64,000 nucleotides of DNA from a virus, in IMG/VR virus record IMGVR_UViG_3300045988_175656, one strand, 5' to 3'. Made by a program: the position numbers and the translations under genes. The notes beneath the pieces were generated by a model. The model had not been told where the DNA came from, made no database searches, and saw nothing but the letters and a program-made list of their open reading frames with translations. Shown one piece after another: positions 44,638 to 54,501 of the stretch; position 1 is the first letter of the stretch, and each line of letters begins with the position of its first letter.

Positions 44638-44918
44638 TGGGTGTTATGGATGCAGTACTAATAACATTATTTATAATAACATGGATTGTATGTATAGTTA
44701 TTGTAAATATATTTATATATGAGTCTTATAAAGAAGAACATAATGGAATAACAACAGGTCAAACTATTGTAATGAACACTATTGGAATACTGCCACTTTT
44801 TAATCAATTGTATGTAATATATTGGTTAATAATGAAAGCATATCGTAATAGAAAAATAATTCTTAAAGGTTTTTCATTGACAAATATTTTTAATTCATTT
44901 AAAGTATTAAAATTATAA
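44637..44918 (+). CDS. small membrane protein
   Basis: ORF track; two hydrophobic segments. Confidence 0.5.
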   Translation: MGVMDAVLITLFIITWIVCIVIVNIFIYESYKEEHNGITTGQTIVMNTIGILPLFNQLYVIYWLIMKAYRNRKIILKGFSLTNIFNSFKVLKL

Positions 44919-44921
44919 TTC

Positions 44922-45395
44922 ATGGGCATATTAGTATTTTTTTGGTTACTTGCTATTGCAATACTTTTGTTTCTTGTAATAAATATTATTAATTTTCTAT
45001 ACACTAAAAATATTAAATACAGAGAATTAAAAAGAAGATACAGAGAATATGTAAATTATATTAAAGCAAATCAATATATTTTTGAAACAGCAATCAAAAC
45101 TTTTGATGAAATCAAAGATGATAAATTTGAGGAAATGTTATCTGATGAATCAGTTGTTTTTGGTATAAGAACTAAAGATGGAAAATTAGCTTGTTTTAAT
45201 TCTAATAATTTAATGAATGTGAAATTTGGGACTTATGTATTTCATATACCTTATATTAAAGAATATAGAAATACAATAAAAAAGTTACAATTTCATATTA
45301 ATCATATTTCTCTTAGCAGAAAATTTAATGCTGATAAAGAAACAATTGATAAAGCACATAAAATTAAAGACGATATATTAAAAAATAACTTATAA
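44922..45395 (+). CDS. membrane-anchored protein
   Basis: ORF track; N-terminal TM. Confidence 0.5.
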   Translation: MGILVFFWLLAIAILLFLVINIINFLYTKNIKYRELKRRYREYVNYIKANQYIFETAIKTFDEIKDDKFEEMLSDESVVFGIRTKDGKLACFNSNNLMNVKFGTYVFHIPYIKEYRNTIKKLQFHINHISLSRKFNADKETIDKAHKIKDDILKNNL

Positions 45396-45399
45396 TTAA

Positions 45400-45834
45400 A
45401 TGAACGAATTAAAATACAATAATGAAGAAAGACTTACTAATTTTAAAGAACATTTTGGCAAATTAGTAAATAATTGTAAAGCATTTGATTATATGCTAAA
45501 TGAATTACTGCAATTAGAAGATAAGAGATTAGTATATATCATCATCAATAAATTTTGGTTTATTGAACGACAAAGATGCCACTATTGGAACAATTTACCA
45601 AAAAATGTAAAAAGTTATTATAGACCATATTTTATAAAAAATATGAGAAATGTAATGATAACTACATTAAGTAAATGTGGTTCTATTGATATAACTGCTC
45701 ATATGATAACTGAAGAGGGAAAACCTGTATGGGCTGATGAATCTGAAACTGCATATCAATTTAATAAATCAAGATGTCATGGTTTTGTTTTAAATGTTCT
45801 CTCTACTTATTTTAAAATAAGATGTAAAGTATGA
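45400..45834 (+). CDS. hypothetical protein
   Basis: ORF track. Confidence 0.5.
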   Translation: MNELKYNNEERLTNFKEHFGKLVNNCKAFDYMLNELLQLEDKRLVYIIINKFWFIERQRCHYWNNLPKNVKSYYRPYFIKNMRNVMITTLSKCGSIDITAHMITEEGKPVWADESETAYQFNKSRCHGFVLNVLSTYFKIRCKV

Positions 45835-46115
45835 AACGAATTTATATAGATTATACCCATATTGGTGGTAATAGTTATCAAATTGGTTTAATGGATGAAC
45901 ATAATTTATCAACTATTTATTTTATGACAGTTATATGGTCAGATGATAATAGTCCACAAATTATAATTCCTTCAACAAAATTGTTACATAAACAATGTTA
46001 TGATGAAATTAGTAGTATATTATATTCAATAAATTCTGACCAAGAAGAAATTTCAAAAAAGAAACTATCTGATATACTGTTGACCAATGGATATACAAAA
46101 AATCCACTAAATTAA
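45831..46115 (+). CDS. hypothetical protein
   Basis: ORF track; ATGA overlap. Confidence 0.5.
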   Translation: MKRIYIDYTHIGGNSYQIGLMDEHNLSTIYFMTVIWSDDNSPQIIIPSTKLLHKQCYDEISSILYSINSDQEEISKKKLSDILLTNGYTKNPLN

Positions 46116-46123
46116 TCAATTTT

Positions 46124-46149
46124 AACGAGAATTCTTTTGGATTCTCGTT
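46124..46149 (+). terminator. rho-independent terminator whose loop carries the next promoter's TTTG
   Basis: aacgagaat tcttttgg attctcgtt followed by tttt; near-copy of the module at 40625. Confidence 0.65.
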
Positions 46150-46158
46150 TTTTGTTTG

Positions 46159-46168
46159 TATATTTGCA
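46159..46168 (+). promoter_or_regulatory. Bacteroidota-type -7 promoter box
   Basis: tatatttgca; ATG at 46204. Confidence 0.6.
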
Positions 46169-46203
46169 TCATAAAATTAGAAAACAACAAAAAATAATAT
46201 TGT

Positions 46204-46407
46204 ATGAAAGTAGAAATTATTGACCATATTTCTGGTAATCAAGAGATTGAAACTAAAAGTAGTGGCATTCTTGTTTATGACAAAGATGGAAATGAATATC
46301 ATATAAAAGAGAGTCAATGGGGTGGATTGGAAGTTTATTCTACAAATGATAAATTATCAATTGAACCATGTTATAGTAATTTAATTTATTTAAAGACAAG
46401 AAAATGA
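46204..46407 (+). CDS. hypothetical protein
   Basis: ORF track. Confidence 0.5.
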   Translation: MKVEIIDHISGNQEIETKSSGILVYDKDGNEYHIKESQWGGLEVYSTNDKLSIEPCYSNLIYLKTRK

Positions 46408-46661
46408 AACTGAGAACACAGAAAAATTTTAATACCAGAACTCATGAAACAGTTTATGGTGTAAGTATTATGGTGGATGGTAGCCGTATGTATTGTAAAT
46501 ATCCAATTGGTTATCAAGAGTTTAAAACAAATAAAGATGCTAAAGAAGCATTGGAAAAAATAAAAAACATATTAGATAATGGTGGAACAATACAATATGC
46601 TCCATCAGGAAGTGCTGGATTAAACAAATCTGAATATGTTTTAATTAAAAACAAAGAATAA
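46404..46661 (+). CDS. hypothetical protein
   Basis: ORF track; ATGA overlap. Confidence 0.5.
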   Translation: MKLRTQKNFNTRTHETVYGVSIMVDGSRMYCKYPIGYQEFKTNKDAKEALEKIKNILDNGGTIQYAPSGSAGLNKSEYVLIKNKE

Positions 46662-46882
46662 TGAAATATCTGGTAATTCTAATAACTTTTATTTTAATGA
46701 GTTCTTTTTATATAGTAAATGATGTAGAAGAATTTCATATTAGAATGGAAGGTAAAAAGAATGTAGAAATTTTTAAGAAAAAACACCCAAAAATAGTAAG
46801 GGATAGAGCCGTTTATATTGCCTATTTACAAAAATATTATAATGGCAATGAAAATGAGTTTATATCACTTTTAAAACATTAA
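46661..46882 (+). CDS. small secreted/membrane protein
   Basis: N-terminal hydrophobic segment MKYLVILITFILMSSF. Confidence 0.5.
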   Translation: MKYLVILITFILMSSFYIVNDVEEFHIRMEGKKNVEIFKKKHPKIVRDRAVYIAYLQKYYNGNENEFISLLKH

Positions 46883-46884
46883 TT

Positions 46885-47154
46885 ATGAAAAAAATTTTGG
46901 TAGGAATTTTTTGTATAACATTATTATTATCATGTACAACTGCAAGGATTCATAGAATGGGTAAACAGTATGTAACAATATATCATATTTTCCCATCTCC
47001 TGATAAAATAGGCTTAGATTATGCTCGTGTATATTTGGTTAATGACACTCTTTGCACAAGACCATATTTCATATATGTACCAAGTAGATTTAATTATGAG
47101 GTAGGAAATACGCTATTGTATAATTTTGAATATTATGATTTTTTAACAAAATAA
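46885..47154 (+). CDS. putative lipoprotein
   Basis: signal peptide with lipobox-like LLLSC (MKKILVGIFCITLLLSCTT). Confidence 0.5.
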   Translation: MKKILVGIFCITLLLSCTTARIHRMGKQYVTIYHIFPSPDKIGLDYARVYLVNDTLCTRPYFIYVPSRFNYEVGNTLLYNFEYYDFLTK

Positions 47155-47179
47155 ACTTGTGCTTTTATAAATAAAATAC

Positions 47180-47189
47180 TATATTTGCA
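47180..47189 (+). promoter_or_regulatory. Bacteroidota-type -7 promoter box
   Basis: tatatttgca; ATG at 47211. Confidence 0.6.
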
Positions 47190-47210
47190 TCATTAAAATA
47201 ATAATAAAAA

Positions 47211-48239
47211 ATGGAACAGCACGAAAAATTAATTAAAATTACGCCAAGTTGTTGGCATTATCGTCTTATTAAATACATTTGGAATATTGACCCAAAGATG
47301 TTTATAAATCTTTGCCCATATTTCTGGTTAACAATTGCATCTTTATTTGCATTGCCATTTGTTTGGCTATATAAAGTAATTAAAAATGGTATCACTACAT
47401 TTTTTGATAAAATAGGTGAATATATAGATAAAGTTTTTGATAAAGAATTAGAAAAGTGGGTTAAAACGTTAAATGAAGCTCAAATTATTGAGATTGATAA
47501 ATTTGGTTGGAATTCTGATGATGTTAATGTGCCTTTTTCTTTCAAACAAAAAGCTTCATCATGGGATGCTGTGCATAAATGGTGTAAGTTACATAATATG
47601 TCAACTTCTGACCTTTACAAAAAAGTAGGTCTTTATGAAGAGTTTAAAGAAAAAATGCGTATTAAGAAAGCCGAAAAAAGAAAAAGGGAAGAAGAAAAAG
47701 AATTGCGTAAACAACTCGCTAATAATAAACGCAATATTGATAGAGCTAAAATGAATAAGGTTATTAAAAATACAAAACAGATAGCTGGTTTTCTTATAAC
47801 ACTTCTTTTAGCATTCATATTTTTCTATATTGTTAAATTATTCGTGTTTATTTTCACTATATTTGTTGAGTTTGTAATGCTTAATTCAACTGAATGTGGA
47901 TGTGCTCTTGGCTTTATAGCTCTTAGTTTATTAATTGGATTTATTATATGGTTATATTGTTGTAGAGTTAGTCCAATTGTTGATAGAATTACAGATTGTC
48001 AGTCTGCAAGTGTTAAAGAATGGATTGTAGCATTTCCAGCATTAATCTTTATTGGTTCTTGTTATGTAATATTTTATTGTATTATATATACTTTCTTGTG
48101 GAAATGGATTATATATGCAACTTATGTAGGACTTAGAAATGCGTTTTTTACATTTACAGGTATATTTGGTGAATATTTTGGCGCATCATATTCAGATTAT
48201 TGCCCTGGAATTGAATGGGATGAAAAAGATGAAGATTAA
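47211..48239 (+). CDS. multi-pass membrane protein with central K/E-rich coiled coil
   Basis: ORF track; hydrophobic segments at both ends, KKAEKRKREEEKELRKQ in the middle. Confidence 0.55.
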   Translation: MEQHEKLIKITPSCWHYRLIKYIWNIDPKMFINLCPYFWLTIASLFALPFVWLYKVIKNGITTFFDKIGEYIDKVFDKELEKWVKTLNEAQIIEIDKFGWNSDDVNVPFSFKQKASSWDAVHKWCKLHNMSTSDLYKKVGLYEEFKEKMRIKKAEKRKREEEKELRKQLANNKRNIDRAKMNKVIKNTKQIAGFLITLLLAFIFFYIVKLFVFIFTIFVEFVMLNSTECGCALGFIALSLLIGFIIWLYCCRVSPIVDRITDCQSASVKEWIVAFPALIFIGSCYVIFYCIIYTFLWKWIIYATYVGLRNAFFTFTGIFGEYFGASYSDYCPGIEWDEKDED

Positions 48240-48256
48240 CATTAAAAAATAAAAAT

Positions 48257-48754
48257 ATGTACACTTATATTTTAGTAGTAATTTTATTGTTTATAATTGC
48301 ATCTTGTATTAAAACTTCTTTTCCTAAAAAATTTGTTTTAATTGGATGTGCATTAATTAGTTTGGTGGTTTGTGTAGTCATTAATTGTGTTTATTATGGC
48401 GTTAATTATGACACGATGGAAACAGTTAAAAACACTAAAGTTAAAATTGTTTCAGATGAAGAATTAGAAATGAAGATTAAAAATGATTCTATCATTAGAG
48501 TCGAAACTAAAACTTCAATATATAATATCGCCATTAATGGTACTGAAGGAGAGGTTGTTAAATTAGACACTGTTAATAGAGTAATAACAATTAAAGATGA
48601 ATTTGTTGATAATAATCAATGGATGATGATTTCAAGTTATCCAACTAAACATTCAATCACTATTATTGGACTAAAAAAAGATAAATATGATGTATTTAAG
48701 ACTTATCAAGATTCTATTTGCAAAAGAAAAGATACATTATCAAAGAATGGGTAG
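48257..48754 (+). CDS. membrane/lipoprotein-like protein
   Basis: N-terminal IIASC lipobox-like motif plus a second TM. Confidence 0.5.
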   Translation: MYTYILVVILLFIIASCIKTSFPKKFVLIGCALISLVVCVVINCVYYGVNYDTMETVKNTKVKIVSDEELEMKIKNDSIIRVETKTSIYNIAINGTEGEVVKLDTVNRVITIKDEFVDNNQWMMISSYPTKHSITIIGLKKDKYDVFKTYQDSICKRKDTLSKNG

Positions 48755-48953
48755 TCTTTTTCTTGAACTTGAAAATATAGGTGGTAAATTAATTGCATAT
48801 CCAATTATATTCTGTTTAATAACGTTTTTCCATTATTGTTTCGCATTTATGCATACCTCATTTGAAACTTTTATGTTTTTCTATAATAAAGATAGATTTG
48901 CATTAAATGTGGCTAATATGGAAAAGCGTTTAAATAAAAAATACCATGATTGA
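48747..48953 (+). CDS. small membrane protein
   Basis: ORF track frame, start moved to the internal ATG overlapping the previous stop. Confidence 0.4.
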   Translation: MGSLFLELENIGGKLIAYPIIFCLITFFHYCFAFMHTSFETFMFFYNKDRFALNVANMEKRLNKKYHD

Positions 48954-49182
48954 TTTAATCAAAAGATACTTTAAACAATATTTGTCTTTAAAATATCGAA
49001 TAGTTACAGACCGTTTTGCTGGTTATGAATGTCAAGTAACTTTATTTGGTCTTTTTTGGTACGAAATGGGTGGTACTAATACACAATTCAGTATTGAGAG
49101 GTCATTAGATTACATATATAGAAATACAGGAAAACGTTTTAAATTCTTAAAATTAAAAGAAAAATTATATGAACAATGTTAA
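48946..49182 (+). CDS. hypothetical protein
   Basis: ORF track. Confidence 0.45.
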   Translation: MIDLIKRYFKQYLSLKYRIVTDRFAGYECQVTLFGLFWYEMGGTNTQFSIERSLDYIYRNTGKRFKFLKLKEKLYEQC

Positions 49183-50212
49183 TGAACATACACTAAATAA
49201 CTTGAAAAAACGGTTTGTTAGCGATTATAGCTTACCAATTATAATTTTTGAAGAACCTGATTTTGAATATTTTCTTAATTTATATGAAGAACAGTTTGGT
49301 GCTAAAACTAAATGGGATAAATTGATAAATGTTATTGACGAAAAATTCAATGGTAATCCTAATTTATTTCTGGAAGAGTTTGCAAGGGTAAGAAACAACA
49401 TGATTGAGAGCATACTCAATAATAAATATTATCAAGAATTTAACGAAAATCAATGTGTTCTTTCCAAATATAATTTACCTAAATTGAATTACCCAAAATC
49501 CAATGTATATAAAGAAACTAATAATGGAAGATATTTCTTATCAGTTGATTTAAAAAAAGCTAACTTCTCAGCATTAATGTATCATGATAGTTGGATATTA
49601 GGAGAAGAAACTATAATTCCTTATGAAGATTGGGTTAAGAAATTCACTGATTTAGAGTATATTATAGAATCAAAATATACTCGCCAAGTTGTTTTTGGTA
49701 AATTAAACCCTTCAAGGCAAATTAAAGTAGAAAACTATATGATTTATCAAGCACTTCAAAAATATTTAACATTATTTGAATGTTTAAATATTAATGTTGA
49801 AGTAGCGAGTTTTTGTACTGATGAAGTTGTATTTGATGTAACAGATAACTTTAAATATATTCTTGATAATATGTCTGCAATTAAACATTTGCAGAAATGT
49901 TTAAAAGATGATGACAAAATCAATGTTGATGTTGAGTTTTATCGTTTGAGTTTACAAAAATTCAAAACTTATAAAGATGCTGAAATACCTGTTTATATGA
50001 AAACTTATCTTGATAATAAAGAAAGAGGTAAATTTAGTGCTGTTGTATATGATTTATTTTCAGTACCATCTTTTTACTATGCACAAATATATAAACTTAT
50101 TCATGGTATGAGAGTTACTGAAACTGATATGAAATTTTATATGGAAGGTCAAATTGCTAGATTTTATCATCCATTAATTTATGTAAATTCAATTTTAAAT
50201 TATGATAAGTAG
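49169..50212 (+). CDS. hypothetical protein with polymerase-palm-like motifs (speculative)
   Basis: FLSVDLKKANFSAL (motif-A-like Asp), SKYTRQVVFGKL, SFCTDEVVFDV (motif-C-like acidic pair); spacing fits no family I can name. Confidence 0.5.
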   Translation: MNNVNEHTLNNLKKRFVSDYSLPIIIFEEPDFEYFLNLYEEQFGAKTKWDKLINVIDEKFNGNPNLFLEEFARVRNNMIESILNNKYYQEFNENQCVLSKYNLPKLNYPKSNVYKETNNGRYFLSVDLKKANFSALMYHDSWILGEETIIPYEDWVKKFTDLEYIIESKYTRQVVFGKLNPSRQIKVENYMIYQALQKYLTLFECLNINVEVASFCTDEVVFDVTDNFKYILDNMSAIKHLQKCLKDDDKINVDVEFYRLSLQKFKTYKDAEIPVYMKTYLDNKERGKFSAVVYDLFSVPSFYYAQIYKLIHGMRVTETDMKFYMEGQIARFYHPLIYVNSILNYDK

Positions 50213-50606
50213 AATATTAATAAAGAAAATCAAGAAACATGGATTTGGTAAAAAAGATTCTTTTACTATTATTGATGTTGCTCCAAAAGAGTATTATAAG
50301 TTAGTCAAAATAGACAAATTATATTTTGCCAAAATTATTCTTGGTTTCAGGAAAATTCTAGAGAATATTAAGCCACATGATAACATAGTTGAAACAATGC
50401 CTGATGGCACTTTATGCAAAACTATGGTAGGAAATGAGTTTGTCCTTTCTTTAAGTGAGTTAATTAAAATAGCAGACTCTTTGTATTTCCCACTTAAAAT
50501 TTATGAAGAAAATTTTAAATATTATAATATTCTACATAAAATAATACAAACAGTTCAAAAACATGGCTATCATAATAGAGTAATATTTGTGTTGGAAAAG
50601 AATTAA
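50202..50606 (+). CDS. hypothetical protein
   Basis: ORF track. Confidence 0.5.
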   Translation: MISRILIKKIKKHGFGKKDSFTIIDVAPKEYYKLVKIDKLYFAKIILGFRKILENIKPHDNIVETMPDGTLCKTMVGNEFVLSLSELIKIADSLYFPLKIYEENFKYYNILHKIIQTVQKHGYHNRVIFVLEKN

Positions 50607-50630
50607 TGGGATTAGCTAATCCCATTAATT
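50601..50630. terminator. perfect 30-nt palindrome at convergent gene junction
   Basis: aattaatgggattag|ctaatcccattaatt. Confidence 0.6.
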
Positions 50631-51086
50631 TTACATACAAATAGCACTATGAGAAGTGGAATATAAAAAGTTAGTTAATAATTTCCCCAAAGATTCATAT
50701 TTTTCATCTTTAGGTTTCAACATTAAAAATGTTGAAGGTGAATAACAATCAAAACAAGAATATTCTTGTTCCACTTTTATCATCCATGCAGGTTTTTCAA
50801 TTTCACCTGTTAATACTTGGTCAATTATAATTGAAACATAATTAATTTTGTCACTTGTTGGAGTCATATTGGAAATTAATATATCAGGAACATCAATATT
50901 ATCAGTATTGTAAGTTTCCCAATCAAAATTTGCATATGTTATATAAGCACAGAATATACCAAAATAAAAAATATCATCGGCTCTTAAAGGATTAGATGAT
51001 AAATCAAACATTTCATCAATTAAATTTTTAACTGATGATAAAGTACCACTTGAATAAGTGAAAATCATTACACGATTCATAATCAA
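50631..51086 (-). CDS. hypothetical protein
   Basis: ORF track; isolated minus-strand gene. Confidence 0.5.
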   Translation of the reverse strand: MIMNRVMIFTYSSGTLSSVKNLIDEMFDLSSNPLRADDIFYFGIFCAYITYANFDWETYNTDNIDVPDILISNMTPTSDKINYVSIIIDQVLTGEIEKPAWMIKVEQEYSCFDCYSPSTFLMLKPKDEKYESLGKLLTNFLYSTSHSAICM

Positions 51087-51125
51087 CTATTTTTATGTAT
51101 AAATAGCTTTAATAATGTTTATAAA

Positions 51126-52502
51126 ATGGATAAAATAATAAAATATTTAGATAAAAGTGAAGAGACTATTAACCAATTAATCAATCTAAAGCATGAATTA
51201 AAAGAAGAAAGTCCTGAAACTCAAAGGTATATTTTTTATGACCACAAACAAAATCAAAGGTTTTGTTTTAATGATAATTCATCGTATTCACCAATAACTA
51301 AAAAATATAGTGAATTGCTTGATGGAAATTCTTTGCGTAAATTTATACATGATGATGATAAAATTTGTGTTTGTACATATAGTTACACACCTATGTTTAA
51401 TAAAGTTATATTTTTTAAAAGTAAATGGGAAGAGGGATTAACATATGATAAAAAAACTAAAAAAGTAAAACTTTGGGGTGCTAGTACACTAGATAAATGC
51501 TCATATTTAATTAAAAATATGTTAATTGAGCTTAAACATGAATGGTTTCTTTCATTACCAGATTTTTTTAAAGAAAATTTGACTAAAACTTTATTAGAAA
51601 ACATATTAAATGGCAAAATTACAAATCCTGAAGATTATATTAAAAAATATATGAAAACTTCTCTTAAATATAGTTTTCATTATAAATTAATTAAAAAATG
51701 GTTTGAAGTTGATGGATTTTATTTCAAAAAAGATGAAAATTTTGTGATACCAAAAGGTAAATCTGTTTATGATAAAACATTCTTATCAGAAAATAAGAAA
51801 AATTTCGTTTTTCTTTCTCAGCATCATGAATTTAATAGAGGGTTAAACATGAAATATATTAAAGATTATACTGTTGAACCTAATTTTTCTATGCAAAAAA
51901 TTTTAAGTGGTGAGCTTTCTCAAAGTTATTTAGAAACACTTAATGATATGTTTAACCAATGTAAATTACTTGGAGAAAAAGTCAATTTACATTGGTCATA
52001 CAATAGATTACAAGAAGAACATTTGAAGTTTACTAGAAAAATAGCATCTATTAGATTTATAAATGCTGATTTAGAAAATGTAAAATATTTTGGAACTACT
52101 ACAAACCCTGAATTGATAAAATATGAAATTGTTAATAATGAAAAAATGGCTTTTGAAGAAGGAAACGAAATGTACAATTGTGTATATACAAATTATTGGT
52201 CAAGAGTTAAAGACAAAGAATATTTTATTTTTAAGGTAACTTATCCAGAACGATGTACAGTAGGTGTTTCTAAAACATATTGGGCTAATGATAGTAAAGA
52301 CAGATTTTTCATTGAACAAGCTTATATTAGACATAATAGACCTGTAAAACCTGAAACAAAATTACTATTAATTGGATGGATAAGTAGTAAAGAGATGCAA
52401 AACTTTTTTGTCATGAATTATAAAACATATGATGAAAAAGATATTAAAACATTAGAAGAAATAGAAATAGAAGAATTAAGCCTAAAGAAAAAAGCTGTTT
52501 AA
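51126..52502 (+). CDS. PcfJ-like domain protein (tentative)
   Basis: EEGNEMYNCVYTNYWSRVKDKEYFIFKV resembles the PcfJ-like core (EG..M.HCV..Y......I). Confidence 0.35.
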   Translation: MDKIIKYLDKSEETINQLINLKHELKEESPETQRYIFYDHKQNQRFCFNDNSSYSPITKKYSELLDGNSLRKFIHDDDKICVCTYSYTPMFNKVIFFKSKWEEGLTYDKKTKKVKLWGASTLDKCSYLIKNMLIELKHEWFLSLPDFFKENLTKTLLENILNGKITNPEDYIKKYMKTSLKYSFHYKLIKKWFEVDGFYFKKDENFVIPKGKSVYDKTFLSENKKNFVFLSQHHEFNRGLNMKYIKDYTVEPNFSMQKILSGELSQSYLETLNDMFNQCKLLGEKVNLHWSYNRLQEEHLKFTRKIASIRFINADLENVKYFGTTTNPELIKYEIVNNEKMAFEEGNEMYNCVYTNYWSRVKDKEYFIFKVTYPERCTVGVSKTYWANDSKDRFFIEQAYIRHNRPVKPETKLLLIGWISSKEMQNFFVMNYKTYDEKDIKTLEEIEIEELSLKKKAV

Positions 52503-52545
52503 TGTATTTTAACCATATTAATTTTGCACTTTAAATTATAATGGT

Positions 52546-52555
52546 TACATTTGCA
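52546..52555 (+). promoter_or_regulatory. Bacteroidota-type -7 promoter box (variant)
   Basis: tacatttgca; ATG at 52576. Confidence 0.55.
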
Positions 52556-52575
52556 TAAATAAAAATAAAGACAGT

Positions 52576-53358
52576 ATGAAATTTTTTATACAAACAATAA
52601 AAGGAAAAATAACATTTGATTTCGCATTAGAATTAGTTAATGCAATCGAATCACATAACTATTTTTATCCTAATGATAAAATAGAATATATTCTTGATGA
52701 TGATTACAAAGATTATGCTTGGGAAAATAAATTTCAAGAATGGTGTCCTATTGGAAGTGTAGAATTTGTATGTGGGTGGCTTAGGCATTTTTATGGGGAA
52801 AACATGGTTCCAAAACCAATAAATGTACCAAATGCATTAAAAGACCAATATTTTACACGAAGATTTATTGATGAAGAAACAATTAATGATGAATTTAGAA
52901 AGAAAACAAATTCGTTTGTTTTGAAAATATTCGCAAAGGATGTAAATAAAATTAAATCTGAAAATAATGGACTATATGAATTAGGATATAGAAATATTCC
53001 AGATGGAACATATCAAGTATCAAGTTATATCAAAGAAATTAAAGCTGAATTTAGATGCTTTGTATTTGAGAATAAACTATTAGATGTACGTTTATATAAT
53101 GGTGATTATAAAATATTACCTGACTTTGATAAAATACAGAAAATGATTGATACATATATGGTTGATGCTCCTGTTGCTTATACTCTTGATGTGGCTGTAA
53201 ATGAAGATGATGATACTATTGTTATAGAAGTGCATGATTTCTTCTCTTGTGGATTGTATGGTTTTATGGAAACAAAAAGACTTCCTTATATGTTTTGGAG
53301 ATGGTATTATAACCATATAAACAAAATTAATTATTCCAAATTAAAAAGTGGTTTATGA
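52576..53358 (+). CDS. ATP-grasp family protein (R2K-clade-like)
   Basis: FVLKIFAKDVNKIKS, EFRCFVFENKLLDV, YTLDVAV..TIVIEVHDFFSCGLYG. Confidence 0.45.
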   Translation: MKFFIQTIKGKITFDFALELVNAIESHNYFYPNDKIEYILDDDYKDYAWENKFQEWCPIGSVEFVCGWLRHFYGENMVPKPINVPNALKDQYFTRRFIDEETINDEFRKKTNSFVLKIFAKDVNKIKSENNGLYELGYRNIPDGTYQVSSYIKEIKAEFRCFVFENKLLDVRLYNGDYKILPDFDKIQKMIDTYMVDAPVAYTLDVAVNEDDDTIVIEVHDFFSCGLYGFMETKRLPYMFWRWYYNHINKINYSKLKSGL

Positions 53359-54269
53359 ATATAAAAGAATTTTATCAGCTATTATCAGAAAATAAAATAA
53401 CTATTGATGATAACCATCATACATTTAATCTAACAAATTTTATATATAATCTTAAATTTAAAATTGAAGATTATGAAGAATTATGCGAGGAACATAAAAA
53501 TGATAAGTTTTTTGAATATTATTATCATGTTTTAAATAAACCTATTAATCAATTTGATATTATAGATGCAGGTTATGCTGGTGATAGTAATATAAGATGT
53601 TATTATTGTAATAAGCCATTATGTATGATATATTTAGGAGATAATAGTGTAGTGATAGTTGATTCAAAAATAGCTTATAATTGTTCTAAAACAGGAGAAA
53701 AAATCTCTGATTATATACACACTTCATGTTCTTTATTTGATATGACTAATAAAGGTTATTTAGAAGCTAATATACACATAAAGAATGGACAATTAGTTTT
53801 TGCAAATTTTTTTGAAGATGAAAGACTCTATGATTTTGATAGGGATAAACGTTATAAAGATGAAACTAATATTTGTTATGTAACTGGGCGTAACAATCTC
53901 ATGCAGCATTTAGCACGCAAGAATGTTGGTTATGGTCAAACAGGAAATATGTATATAGGAGTTTTTGTAAGTAATGATAAAAAATCAATAATAATTGCAT
54001 CTCCATATGATGATGAAGGCGAAGATAACAAGATAGAAGGATATAAATTAGATGGAAAAATATCTTGTGACGTGTGGAGATGGCAATGTGCTGATACATC
54101 AGTATTAGAAAAATATGGCACAATTATTGATGAAGATTTTATGGAAGATAACATTGTCATAGAAGTTCCAAAAGGAGAATGGAATATTAAACATTATTAT
54201 GATTTAATTTCAGATGAAGATTACAAGAAAAATAACAAAATTATAGCAGTACTAACATTTATTGAATAA
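53355..54269 (+). CDS. hypothetical protein
   Basis: ORF track; ATGA overlap. Confidence 0.55.
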   Translation: MNIKEFYQLLSENKITIDDNHHTFNLTNFIYNLKFKIEDYEELCEEHKNDKFFEYYYHVLNKPINQFDIIDAGYAGDSNIRCYYCNKPLCMIYLGDNSVVIVDSKIAYNCSKTGEKISDYIHTSCSLFDMTNKGYLEANIHIKNGQLVFANFFEDERLYDFDRDKRYKDETNICYVTGRNNLMQHLARKNVGYGQTGNMYIGVFVSNDKKSIIIASPYDDEGEDNKIEGYKLDGKISCDVWRWQCADTSVLEKYGTIIDEDFMEDNIVIEVPKGEWNIKHYYDLISDEDYKKNNKIIAVLTFIE

Positions 54270-54273
54270 AATT

Positions 54274-54501
54274 ATGAAAAGACCAATAGATAAAGCATTT
54301 GAAAATCTTACTATGAAACAGATTGCTCAAATGGTTGAAGAATTTAATAATGAAACAATTAGTTCTGATGCATTAATCAGGAAGATTACAGCCGAAGTTT
54401 TTGAAGTTGAAATAAATAAAACTTCTATTATGCAAATGCAATTAGTTGTTATACATTGTGCTATTTATATGTCACGTTTTATTTTAAGATTAGATATATG
54501 A
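54274..54501 (+). CDS. hypothetical protein
   Basis: ORF track frame, first ATG (54262 is TTG). Confidence 0.45.
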   Translation: MKRPIDKAFENLTMKQIAQMVEEFNNETISSDALIRKITAEVFEVEINKTSIMQMQLVVIHCAIYMSRFILRLDI

